This document shows positions 20,299-30,341 of a stretch of 64,000 bases of DNA, piece after piece (within the stretch, counting starts at the first letter, position 1; every line of letters begins with the position of its first letter). This stretch comes from Minisyncoccia bacterium. GTDB lineage: Bacteria; Patescibacteriota; Minisyncoccia; Phycocordibacterales; UBA9973. The notes beneath the pieces are model-generated. The model made no database searches. It had not been told where the DNA came from and was given only the letters and a program-made list of their open reading frames with translations. The DNA lies in assembly GCA_965662335.1 (NCBI GenBank), contig CBFIGQ010000047.1:13131-77130 (forward strand). The letters run 5' to 3'. Made by a program: the position numbers and the translations under genes.

Positions 20299-20991
20299 AT
20301 GCTTATACAATCATGGAGCCAGGTATTTTTGCTCTCGCTTCAGGGCTTGTGGTACGGCTTTATCGAGCTGTTCCCTCGAATACTTTTGGCAATCGTTATT
20401 TTCATTATCGGATGGATTGTCGCGGCAACCCTTGGCAAGCTTGTCATGATGGGAATCGACGCACTCAAGCTTGACCGTGCATTTCGTAACACTGGTGTGG
20501 ATGAAGCACTTGCTCGTGCAGGATGGAAAATCCATATCGGTGGAGTTATAGGCTGGCTTGTAAAGTGGTTTATCATTATTGTGTTCTTGGTTGCATCACT
20601 CAACATCTTGCACCTAGATCAAGTAACCGTATTCCTTCAGCAAGTACTCGCGTACATCCCGCAGGTTATCATTGCAGCGCTCGTACTTGTTGCAGGTACT
20701 GTGCTTGCAGACTTTGTTCGCAAGCTCATCACAGGAAGCGCTGCTGTAGCAAACGTTCGCTCAGCGAAAATGCTTGGATCTATCGCGTACTACGCTATCT
20801 GGATCCTTGCAGTAGTGACTGCACTCGACAAGCTCGGCATCTTTGGCTACTTTGGCCAGATCCTCTTTACTGGACTTGTAGTGATGATTTCGCTCGCATT
20901 CGGACTTGCATTTGGTCTTGGTGGAAAGGATGTTGCGGGACGATGGCTCGCTCGTCTCTCAGACGATATGTCTAGTCGTCGTCACGAATAG
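20299..20991 (+). CDS. TM-helix-repeat protein (small mechanosensitive channel-associated)
   Basis: Two 'P.I..A..I...G...A' TM-helix repeats; LAFGLAFGLGGKD. Confidence 0.85.
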   Translation: MLIQSWSQVFLLSLQGLWYGFIELFPRILLAIVIFIIGWIVAATLGKLVMMGIDALKLDRAFRNTGVDEALARAGWKIHIGGVIGWLVKWFIIIVFLVASLNILHLDQVTVFLQQVLAYIPQVIIAALVLVAGTVLADFVRKLITGSAAVANVRSAKMLGSIAYYAIWILAVVTALDKLGIFGYFGQILFTGLVVMISLAFGLAFGLGGKDVAGRWLARLSDDMSSRRHE

Positions 20992-21090
20992 ATATTGTTT
21001 TAAAAAATCCCGCTCCGGCGGGGTTTTTTATTGCGAACTGGGGATGTGCGTGGGATACTAGTAGTACCAATTACTAATAATTAATTTTTT

Positions 21091-21941
21091 ATGAAAAAAG
21101 CATTACTCGGAACACTTGCGGGTTTGTTGTCGGACTCACTATCGTACACACCCTTGCAATCAGTAGCACTCAAAAGCAGCTCGCATCGCTTCAGGCAAAT
21201 GTATCTGCTGTCCAGGGTGAAGCAAAATTAGACACTACTTCTTCTAGTAAAGGTGCAGAACAATATATCAGAGTAAGAATTGTAGGTGATCAGTGTGAAG
21301 TTACTCGAGGAACTTCAGCTTTTAATACCACTGTAACGTACTATCCTCTTAGTGGACCAAATCTCTGTACTACTATTGCTCAATTAGTTATGACTGTTAT
21401 AAATCATTCTACAGTAACAGGTCTAAAACTTAGTATCCCTGACTCAGCAACAATTATAAGTCAGAACGACAATTCATGTACATATTACACTCCGACAAAA
21501 GATGGATGGGCGAAAACTAACAAGACGATACTTCCTACAGGACAAAAGCTATGTCCTGCTCTTGATGTAGGAAATGCTACGTCTACAGCCGTTGCGGTGG
21601 ATTCATTTCTTAAAAGTATCGAAACGCAAAATGCTGCTGCAAAGGCCGTGATAGCAGATCCATATGCTTTTGCTAAAAAACTCTCGCAAACGATTGCTGG
21701 GTATCAGGCTATACAAAAAGATCCATCCGCATTCACTCGAGCAATGAGTGGGCCAGGTTTTGGGACACATGAAAACCCAGTGGCGGGGGACCTCATGTGT
21801 ATAGAAATTTCAGGTGTTGCCAATATGTTCTATTGGGATGCAGATAAAAAAGGGTGGATGTGGCTATCCTTTAACGCAAGTGGAAAATGTCCACCAGAAG
21901 AGCCAGAAATAAAAAATTACTACCTATTTGCACCATTCTAA
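21091..21941 (+). pseudogene. Secreted ORFan interrupted by a 1-nt frameshift near codon 11 (or sequencing error)
   Basis: ATG 21091 gives MKKALLGTLAG; shifting frame at GGGTTTG continues FVVGLTIVHTLAISSTQKQLASLQ... without a stop into ORF 21390-21941. Confidence 0.7.
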
Positions 21942-22003
21942 TGCATGACAAAGCCCCGATAAACGGGGCTTTTTGCTAGGGGTCGGGATATACACATATA
22001 TGC

Positions 22004-22032
22004 TTGACACTCTGTAGGTCATCGTCTATACT
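22004..22032 (+). promoter_or_regulatory. Sigma70 promoter of the 23S-5S unit
   Basis: TTGACA-N17-TATACT; boxA-like TTCGTTGTTTAACAA at ~22141. Confidence 0.8.
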
Positions 22033-22840
22033 CTTTCCACTTATGAAGTTTTCTACGAAAAACCAATCGTAACGGCGGCTGCCCTTGCTTTTGGACGGCC
22101 GCCCGAGAGGCGGTTTTTTCGTCAAAAAACCAATCATATGTTCGTTGTTTAACAACACAATCCTGTCCCTCTGGTTATCTTCAAATAACTGCAGGAGAGG
22201 AGACAGTAGTACTGGATCAGCTCGAGCGGTCGAGCGAAGTCTGGTACGAACCCGCCTGATTCTCGGAGAGAGCTCTGGCGGGCATGATTTCTAGATTTCC
22301 TAATAGGAAATCAAGAGCATATGGTGGATGCCTAGGTTCTACATGGCGATGAAAGACGCGGGAGGCGGCGATACGCTTCGGGGAGGTGCCTACAAACCTT
22401 TGATCCGGAGATTTCTGAATGGGGAAACCCAATAGAGTAAACCTCTATTATCCCGACACATAAGTGGTCGGGGAGCGCACCCAGGGAAGTGAAACATCTC
22501 AGTACCTGGAGGAAAAGAAAAAAATGTTATGTATATAACGACATTCCCTAAGTAGCGGCGAGCGAAAAGGGACAAGCCCAAACCGGTGCATCATGGAGAC
22601 AATAAATTTATTTGTTGTCTCCATGATGCACCGGGGTTGTAAGGCAAAAGCGTCAATTTATTGAGAAGAGTTACAAAATGTATGTATAGAAGAAGTTGTT
22701 GGAAACCAACGCCATAGTGGGTGATAGCCCCGTAGTCGAAATGCATATATCTCTTTTGCTTTTGTTCTTGAGTACTTCCGGACACGAATAGCCGGGAGGA
22801 ATCCGCCAGAACTAACTGGTAAGGCTAAATACATTGTAGA

Positions 22841-22883
<43 letters not shown>

Positions 22884-24371
22884 TCCGAAAGGAGGGTGAA
22901 ATAGTACTGAAACCATATGCTTACAAGGAGTCGGAGCGGGTATTTATATCCGTCACGGCGTGCCTATTGAAGAATGAGCCAACGAGTTAATCTGTGCGGC
23001 TTGGCTAAGGTGTAAAGCACCGGAGCCGTAGGGAAACCAAGTGTGAATAGCGCGCAATTGGTCGTACAGATTAGACCCGAAGCCAGGTGAGCTATCCATG
23101 AGCAGGGTGAAGTTTGTCGAAAGACAGATGGAGGCCCGAACCGGTAAATCGTACAACGTTTTCGGATGACTTGTGGATTGGAGTGAAAAGCTAATCGAAC
23201 CTGGTAATAGCTGGTTCTCTCCGAAATAGCTTTAGGGTTAGCGTCACGTGTTCCCTTTGGGGGTAGAGCACTGGAAAGTTTCGACAGGGAGCAATCTCGC
23301 GACACTTATCAAACTCCGAATACCAAAGGTTAAGAACGTGGCAGTTAGTCTACGGGGGCTAAGCTCCGTCAGACAAAAGGGAAACAGCCCAGATCTCTAA
23401 ATAAGGTCCCTAAATCTGCACTCAGTACATCATAAGGATGTGAGATTTCTCTGACAATGAGGAAGTTGGCTTAGAAGCAGCCATCTTTTAAAGAAAGCGT
23501 AACAGCTCACTCATCGAGAGATCTTGCGCCGCAGATAATCGGGGTTAAGTGCAGTACCGAATTTGAGGGCTTGTAGATTTCATAAAGGAAAGAAAATTTT
23601 GGCGTGAGAAAGATTGGATACCAGATTGGCTCCACTTCTTTCTCTGCCAATCTAATTCCTTTTTTTATGAAATCTATAAGCGGTAGGAGAGTATTCCACT
23701 CTTGCTGTGAAGGCAAAGGCGTGAGCCATGCTGGAGCGTGTGGAAGTAAGAATGTTGGCACAAGTAACCGCAAGTCGGGTGAGAAACCCGGCCGCCGAAA
23801 GACTAAGGTTTCCTGGGTAACGGTTATCGTCCCAGGGTTAGTCGGGGCCTAAGGTGATGGCGAGAGCCGCAACCGATGGACAGTGGGTTAATATTCCCAC
23901 ACTTCTATTGTATTCGATGGAGGGACGAAGGGTAGTAACATATGCCTCTTATTGGATTGAGGTAGACATAGAGCGCAGGTAGGATAGGTAAATCCGTCTT
24001 ACAATACTGTCAACTATGGCTCGTGCGAAGCTACGGCTTAGCGAAGATATGTGAGCACGCTTCCGAGAAAAGCTTCTAAGATTAGTACAGTAGAACCCGT
24101 ACCGTAAACCGACACAGGTAGTCAGGTCGAGTAGACCAAGGCGAACGAGTGAGGGATCCCCAAGGAACTCGGCAAAAAAGCAGCCGTAACTTCGGGATAA
24201 GGCTTGCCGGCAGCAATGTCGGCCGCAGCGAAAGTATTCCTGGCAACTGTTTATCAAAAACACAGCTCCCTGCGAACTCGTAAGAGGATGTATAGGGGGT
24301 GACACCTGACCAATGCCAGAAGGTTAACCAACGGTGGTGCGATTATATCAAGCTGGCTGTTGTAAGCCCTG

Positions 24372-24406
<35 letters not shown>

Positions 24407-24615
24407 TTTGCATTTCAACCTCGTTGGAATGCAAAACGGACTAGGACTGTCTATAGAAAACGATAAACAATTTAAAAGAATAATCATTACATTTCAAGCT
24501 ACCTTTCATAGCGTAATCTATGAATAGTCCATTGTGATTAACGAGAGACCAACGTCACAGTTCCGACCCTTGTAAAAGGAGGAATAAGAGAGAGTCCAAC
24601 TGAGAGGAATAGTTG
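24407..24615 (+). ncRNA. Group I-derived insertion at 23S position ~1931, apparently lacking P4-P6
   Basis: Splits CCTAAGGT|AGCGAAATTCC; ends in G; IGS-like GCTACCTT; R-like GAGAGACCA; S-like AAGAGAGAGTCC. Confidence 0.85.
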
Positions 24616-25276
24616 AGCGAAATTCCTTGTCGGGTAAGTTCCGACGCGCACGAATGGTGTAATGACTGGGAAACTGTCTCGGGGATTTGCTCGGTGAAAA
24701 TACAGTACCGGTGAAGATGCCGGTTACCTGCAGTTAGACGAAAAGACCCTAGAAGCTTTACTACAACTTGGTATTGGGCATGTTCTAGTACTACGTAGCA
24801 TAGGAAGGAGACTTTGAAGCGCCGCTTTCGGGCCGCGTGGAGTCGTCAGTGAAATACTTCTTTGTACGTGGGCATGTCCTAACCAGCGCGGCAAAAACGA
24901 GCTGGAACAGTGCCTGGTGGGTAGTTTTACTGGGGCGGTATCCTCCCAAAAAGTAACGGAGGAGTTCAAAGGTAGGCTAGGCGCGAATGGAAACCGTGCC
25001 GATAGTGCAATGGCATAAGCCTGCTTGACTGTAAGGGGGACATCCCGAGCAGGTGCGAAAGCAGAACATAGTGAACCGACAATTCGCATTAGATGCGGTT
25101 GAAGATTAACGGATAGAAGCTACTCTAGGGATAACAGGCTAGTTCCGCCTAAGCGTCCATAGCGACGGCGGAGTTCGGCACCTCGATGTCGGCTCACCTT
25201 ATCCTGGGGCTGGAGAAGGTCCCAAAGGTTTGGCTGTTCGCCAATTAAAAAGGTACGCGAGCTGGGTTCAGACCGT

Positions 25277-25701
25277 GAGGAAGTGAAAAGTACTACCATG
25301 AAGTGTACGGAACGAAGGGATACGACTCTTGTTTGCGTGATACTCATGAGTTCAAGTCTCTTTTGACTGACTCACCGTCTGAATCCTTGAGGAAATTTTT
25401 TGAAATGTTTTTTATAAAAACATTCACATATAAAATATGTTTTAGTCTTTTCGTCTAATAAGGTTAAAGCTCGTGTTCTCTTCTGCAAAGAGTACATGAG
25501 AGAAAGATAGTAATAAAAGAAACCAATCAGTTACGGCGGCTTCATATGGAGACATATGAAGTATGCTCAACTAATATCGGTGAAGGCCTTATGGGTTAAC
25601 ACCGAGGGAACCGTAAGGGCCCGTAGAGACTACAACTACGTTGAGGCACTCATGAAGTGCAAGATATAGTCCATTCCATACAGTAATGTGTGAATAAGAA
25701 G
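25277..25701 (+). ncRNA. Group I intron at 23S position ~2593, no homing endonuclease
   Basis: Splits CAGACCGT|CGTAAGACAG; IGS TTACGGCGG with U-G wobble; P AATATCGGTGAA, Q AACACCGAG, R GTAGAGACTA, S AAGATATAGTCC, P3 CTCAAC/GTTGAG, terminal G. Confidence 0.93.
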
Positions 25702-26041
25702 CGTAAGACAGGTTGGTCTCCTATCTACTGCAGGCGTTGATACTTGAAGAAATTCGCTCCTAGTACGAGAGGACCGGAGTGAACGAACCTCTGGTGTACG
25801 GGCTCTAGTGCCAACTGGACCGCCCGGTAGCTATGTTCGGAATGGATAACCTCTGAAAGCATCTAAGAGGGAAGCCAGTTCTAAGATGAGGTATCGTCAA
25901 GGGCCGTAAGAGATGATTACGTTGATAGGCACCAAGTGTACGCGTAGTAATGCGCTCAGCTGAGGTGTACTAATTGCCCGACTCCTATTAGGAAATCTGG
26001 AAATCATAAATAAGAAAAGAAAAAATAATTCGAGCGCACTG

Positions 26042-26150
<109 letters not shown>

Positions 26151-26243
26151 TGTGCGCTTGAATACATTTTCAAAAAACATCAAACGATCACCCGAGAGGG
26201 TGGTTTTTTGCTTAGGTTGACCACGCGCATTAAAGGAGATACT

Positions 26244-26444
26244 ATGATTATTTTACTATCAGGAGATGGAGATTATAAATTACTGGTTGATTTTCTAATT
26301 GAGGAAAATAAGTTTGAGAAAATACTGTTTCCTGATAGAAGTAGGGCGTCTTCGCTGTACAAGAAAATAGGCGCAACGTATTTTGATGCCCTAGATGGGA
26401 CTGATGTGCGGAATAAAATTGAGCAAAAGAAAAAGCCTCCTTAG
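26244..26444 (+). pseudogene. C-terminal fragment of a NYN/LabA (PIN-like) domain protein
   Basis: IILLSGDGDYKLLVDFL...SSLYKK motif; N-terminal D-x-x-N and KGxD motifs absent. Confidence 0.75.
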
Positions 26445-26552
26445 GTAGCTAGCCGTTCGGAACCTCTTTCGTCGCAATGAGTACATGTTAGCAAATTGAT
26501 GTAAAAAGTTAAGTCGTTGACACGAAGTGTCGGGGGGGGGTACTATTTTGGT

Positions 26553-27020
26553 ATGAAATATATTATATGGGGATTAATCGCAATTGTTATTTTGTGTGGA
26601 GCGGTATTGATACGCAACTATCATCCTGATGGCACTGTACAGACCGCTGCAGCAACTCCTTTGACTAACAAAAGATTTACTCAAGGCACGACGGTCGTAC
26701 CAGTAGTGTCAAATGATACCCTTGCCCTAGATGCATTCATTGCTCAAATTCCAACTATCACTACCAAACTCCAATCAATTTCAAAAGACCCAGCATCTTT
26801 CAAGGCAAATCTTCAAAAGGCTCAAGAAGCAGGAAGAGCTCCCTACATCAATATTGCAGCACTGTATGGCTATTGGGCTATCGTCGGTACGTTTACAACA
26901 TCTGGGGGCGAGACTTGTGGAAATGTCATGGTACCTGCGAATAATCAAATAGTGACCGAGGCTGGTCCGGGAACATGCCTCGTTTGGGGGTGGGTTTTGT
27001 ACCCATGGTGGCTGCCATAA
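26553..27020 (+). CDS. Membrane-anchored/secreted ORFan
   Basis: N-terminal hydrophobic helix; promoter with G9 spacer; shares a motif with the 21091-21941 product. Confidence 0.7.
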   Translation: MKYIIWGLIAIVILCGAVLIRNYHPDGTVQTAAATPLTNKRFTQGTTVVPVVSNDTLALDAFIAQIPTITTKLQSISKDPASFKANLQKAQEAGRAPYINIAALYGYWAIVGTFTTSGGETCGNVMVPANNQIVTEAGPGTCLVWGWVLYPWWLP

Positions 27021-27171
27021 TTCCCCCAAATCTTACTTCCAAGAAAAGTAGTCAAAGATCTTTTTATCAAGCAATAATATGGAGGGTAATCCTCCGGAGA
27101 TACAAAAATCCATCCGCAAGGGTGGTTTTTTGTTTTGCTAAAACAACGCAGAAAATGTATAATCTCGGTAT

Positions 27172-27783
27172 ATGAATATGATGGAAAAAATGAACTCAGG
27201 GGAGAATAGTGGCTTACTAGAAAGTCTAAAACAAAAATTAAAAAAGCTTCAGACTGTCGCAATGCTCGCGGGCTCTGTGTTTCTTGCCCAAGAAACATTT
27301 GCGCAAAGTACAACCGAAGAGATGTCCACCATACTAGGTGATGCAAAAAAAGTTGAGCTTTCTAGTGAGGGTGTCGAAAATGTCAATAAACTCCATCATT
27401 CCATTGATAGTCTTTTGAGTGTATTAGAGAATCAAGTCTTAAAAGATGCTTCAACAAAAGAAGTTGATTTTTCAGTCTACGGATTTAAGCCAGATATGGG
27501 AAATCATCGTGTGTATGACTACAAAGGTGTTTCAATTGGAACTGGTGATGTGAAAACTTTTTCCTTCAAAAGCGGACCCGATCATTTTAATTACGGATCA
27601 AATGGGGAAGATAATTGCTCTCTAATGAAAGATAATGAATCAGATTCAGAAACAGTCATATATAACGAATCAAAAGGCTTATATTCTATTGATCCTATAA
27701 AAGAAAATACTGCTTCAGAATTTGAAAAAAATCTGCAAGAAGTAAAAGATAAAGTTCAAGCGGTAATTGACGAAGTAAGATAA
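27172..27783 (+). CDS. Secreted acidic ORFan
   Basis: AT-rich ORF, internal signal-like helix ending TFA/QS; TATAAT upstream and terminator downstream. Confidence 0.7.
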   Translation: MNMMEKMNSGENSGLLESLKQKLKKLQTVAMLAGSVFLAQETFAQSTTEEMSTILGDAKKVELSSEGVENVNKLHHSIDSLLSVLENQVLKDASTKEVDFSVYGFKPDMGNHRVYDYKGVSIGTGDVKTFSFKSGPDHFNYGSNGEDNCSLMKDNESDSETVIYNESKGLYSIDPIKENTASEFEKNLQEVKDKVQAVIDEVR

Positions 27784-27827
27784 ACAATAAATCACCCGCA
27801 AAGGTGGTTTTTTGCTATACTACCTCC

Positions 27828-28607
27828 ATGAATTGGGCGCAGAGGCGGAAATTGGCATATGTGATGGGGGTACTACTCGTGCTTGCAGGGCTTTTGTCGC
27901 TTGTTGTGCGCCAGGCAACCAAGGAAGCGCCGACCTGCTACGACCGCAAGCAAAACCAAGGCGAAGTCGGAGTCGACTGTGGTGGACCATGCACATTTTA
28001 TTGTCAAAACGAACTTGCAGACCCCAAAGTTCGCTGGACGCGCGCATTTACTATCCGTCCCGGCGTTGTGCATGCTGTCGCATACATCGAGCATAGCTAC
28101 CCAGCTGCGGCAGCACGAAGGATGAACTACACGTTTAAAATATATGATGATAACAACACGCTCATTGGTGAGCGCACTGGCTCGACGTATCTCGGTCCGA
28201 TGGGACGCACCGCAGTCATCGAGACACTGATCCAAACAGGAAATGTTGCGCCAGCACTTGTGCGCTTTAGTATCACACCACCACTTCCATGGGAGAAGAT
28301 CCCGGTGGAGTTCTCACAGGTCGTCATTAAGACCGACCAGACACTCCTTGAGCCGCTTGAGAAAAGCACGCGCCTCACTGCGACAATAGAAAACACTTCT
28401 CGCTATTCCTTTAAAGACATGGACGTAGTCGCAATACTCTATGACAAAGACGACAACGCTATCACTGTCTCAAGCTCAAAGCTCGCCTCACTGTCGGGTG
28501 AGAGTTCTGCAACTCTTGTCTTTACGTGGCCATTTGTCATGCCGACTGGTGTTGCGCGTATCGAGATAGTGCCGCGCTTTAATCCCTTTACGGCGACAAA
28601 GCTATGA
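27828..28607 (+). CDS. Conserved CPR membrane protein with Cys-rich motif and FxLYD-like Ig domains
   Basis: PTCYDRKQNQGEVGVDCGGPC; FKIYD and AILYD motifs. Confidence 0.8.
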   Translation: MNWAQRRKLAYVMGVLLVLAGLLSLVVRQATKEAPTCYDRKQNQGEVGVDCGGPCTFYCQNELADPKVRWTRAFTIRPGVVHAVAYIEHSYPAAAARRMNYTFKIYDDNNTLIGERTGSTYLGPMGRTAVIETLIQTGNVAPALVRFSITPPLPWEKIPVEFSQVVIKTDQTLLEPLEKSTRLTATIENTSRYSFKDMDVVAILYDKDDNAITVSSSKLASLSGESSATLVFTWPFVMPTGVARIEIVPRFNPFTATKL

Positions 28608-29737
28608 TGAAGGCATTTCATAATAGTACGCGAGGGATAGACTGGGTGCTTGTTGGTTCTATTATTCCGCTCCTTCTCGGAAGTATTGCGACAATGACGA
28701 GCTTTGGGGGAGATAGATCATTTTTCAACCATCAGCTTTTGTGGGTAGGGGTTGCGCTCGCGCTTATGTTTATAATTGCACGTATTGATATGCGCTTTTT
28801 TCGGGATTCTCGATATATTTCGCTCTTGTATATGGGGGCACTCGGACTGTTAGTCCTTGTACTGATTGTGGGAAAAACAGTGAAGGGGGCGCAAAGCTGG
28901 TTTAGTTTTGGAAGTTTTTCATTTCAACCCACCGATATCGTCAAGCTGGTCGTGATAGCAGTGCTTGCCAAATACTTTGCAAGGCGCCATGTCGAGATAG
29001 CACGCCTGAAGCACCTCTTTGTGTCAGCGCTCTACGCGCTTATTCCGATAGGACTCATCATGCTCCAGCCTGACTTTGGGTCTGCAATGGTCGTCGCGGC
29101 TATCTGGCTCGGTATGGCGCTTGTTGCGGGTATTAAAAAGAGACATATTTTGCTCGTGTTTGGGGCAGCACTTGTTACCTTTTTAGTAGCGTGGTTTGCG
29201 CTGTTTAAGCCGTACCAAAAGGCACGCATTGAAACCTTTATCAACCCGACGTCTGATATACGCGGCAGCGGCTACAATGCCTACCAGTCAGTGATTGCTG
29301 TGGGATCAGGGGGAATACTGGGAAAAGGGTTTGGATACGGCACGCAGAGTCGCCTCAATTATCTGCCTGAGTATCAAACAGACTTTATCTTTGCGGCGTT
29401 TGCCGAAGAGTGGGGACTGTTTGGGGCACTTATTGTCATTGCGAGTTTTTGCGTATTTGTGTGGCGGATACTTTTGCATGCGCGGCGCGGCGCATCCAAC
29501 TTTGAGACACTGTTTTGTGCGGGGTATGCGATCTGTATCTTTAGTCATGTCATTGTAAATATCGGGATGAATATCGGGATCATGCCGGTCACCGGTATTC
29601 CGCTTCCGTTTATGAGTTATGGCGGCTCACATTTGCTCGGAGAGAGTATTGGACTTGGTATCATACTCTCCATGGCTCGGTATGAGCGAGCAAGTCATCC
29701 TGACGACATGAACAATGAATTTTTTGGCTATGCATAA
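28604..29737 (+). CDS. rodA: SEDS peptidoglycan polymerase RodA/FtsW
   Basis: GAQSW, FQP, LQPDFGSA, LPEYQTDFIFA, PVTGIPLPFMSYGGS. Confidence 0.9.
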   Translation: MMKAFHNSTRGIDWVLVGSIIPLLLGSIATMTSFGGDRSFFNHQLLWVGVALALMFIIARIDMRFFRDSRYISLLYMGALGLLVLVLIVGKTVKGAQSWFSFGSFSFQPTDIVKLVVIAVLAKYFARRHVEIARLKHLFVSALYALIPIGLIMLQPDFGSAMVVAAIWLGMALVAGIKKRHILLVFGAALVTFLVAWFALFKPYQKARIETFINPTSDIRGSGYNAYQSVIAVGSGGILGKGFGYGTQSRLNYLPEYQTDFIFAAFAEEWGLFGALIVIASFCVFVWRILLHARRGASNFETLFCAGYAICIFSHVIVNIGMNIGIMPVTGIPLPFMSYGGSHLLGESIGLGIILSMARYERASHPDDMNNEFFGYA

Positions 29738-30317
29738 TCTCAACGTACTCGTATTTTATTTTCTCAACGGCGCAGCCGAGGTGTACGGACCGCTTGATGC
29801 AGTCATGCTTTTTGTAACGACGTACGCGACACTTGTTGTTGGACTTGCGGTAACGCTGTGGATGGTGGTGTGGCTGCCTCTTAAGGCGCGAAGTGTTGGA
29901 GCAGAGCTTCGAGCGATACGGCACGCTCTTGAGTATCTATTTGTTGTTGGAGGGGTATATGTGTTGGTAAGCGCGGTAAAGGTCGTGACTCACATACCTC
30001 GACCATTTCTAGCGCTAGGTGATGTGCGCAGTCTTTCGCCACTCGAAGCTGGGTACTCATTTCCCTCGATGCATGCTGCGCTCATGGTGGGTATTGCGAC
30101 CCTCGTCTACCTGCACCACAAACGGACTGGGAAGCTCCTTGCGATATTTGCGGTCGCTGTCTCTATCTCTCGCGTATTTATCGGAGTGCATTATCCGAAG
30201 GATGTGTTTGTAGGAGGGATGCTCGGCTTTGCTATTTCTGCACTCCTTCATATTGCGTTTTGCAACATGCATAGCGATATAGTCAATGACGTTGCCGGAG
30301 CGGGCAAAACGCGTTAG
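29730..30317 (+). CDS. PAP2-family phosphatase (undecaprenyl-PP phosphatase-like)
   Basis: K....PRP, SFPSMHA, SRVFIGVHYPKD. Confidence 0.9.
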   Translation: MHNLNVLVFYFLNGAAEVYGPLDAVMLFVTTYATLVVGLAVTLWMVVWLPLKARSVGAELRAIRHALEYLFVVGGVYVLVSAVKVVTHIPRPFLALGDVRSLSPLEAGYSFPSMHAALMVGIATLVYLHHKRTGKLLAIFAVAVSISRVFIGVHYPKDVFVGGMLGFAISALLHIAFCNMHSDIVNDVAGAGKTR

Positions 30318-30341
30318 AATGCGCAGACTAACCCTATATTT

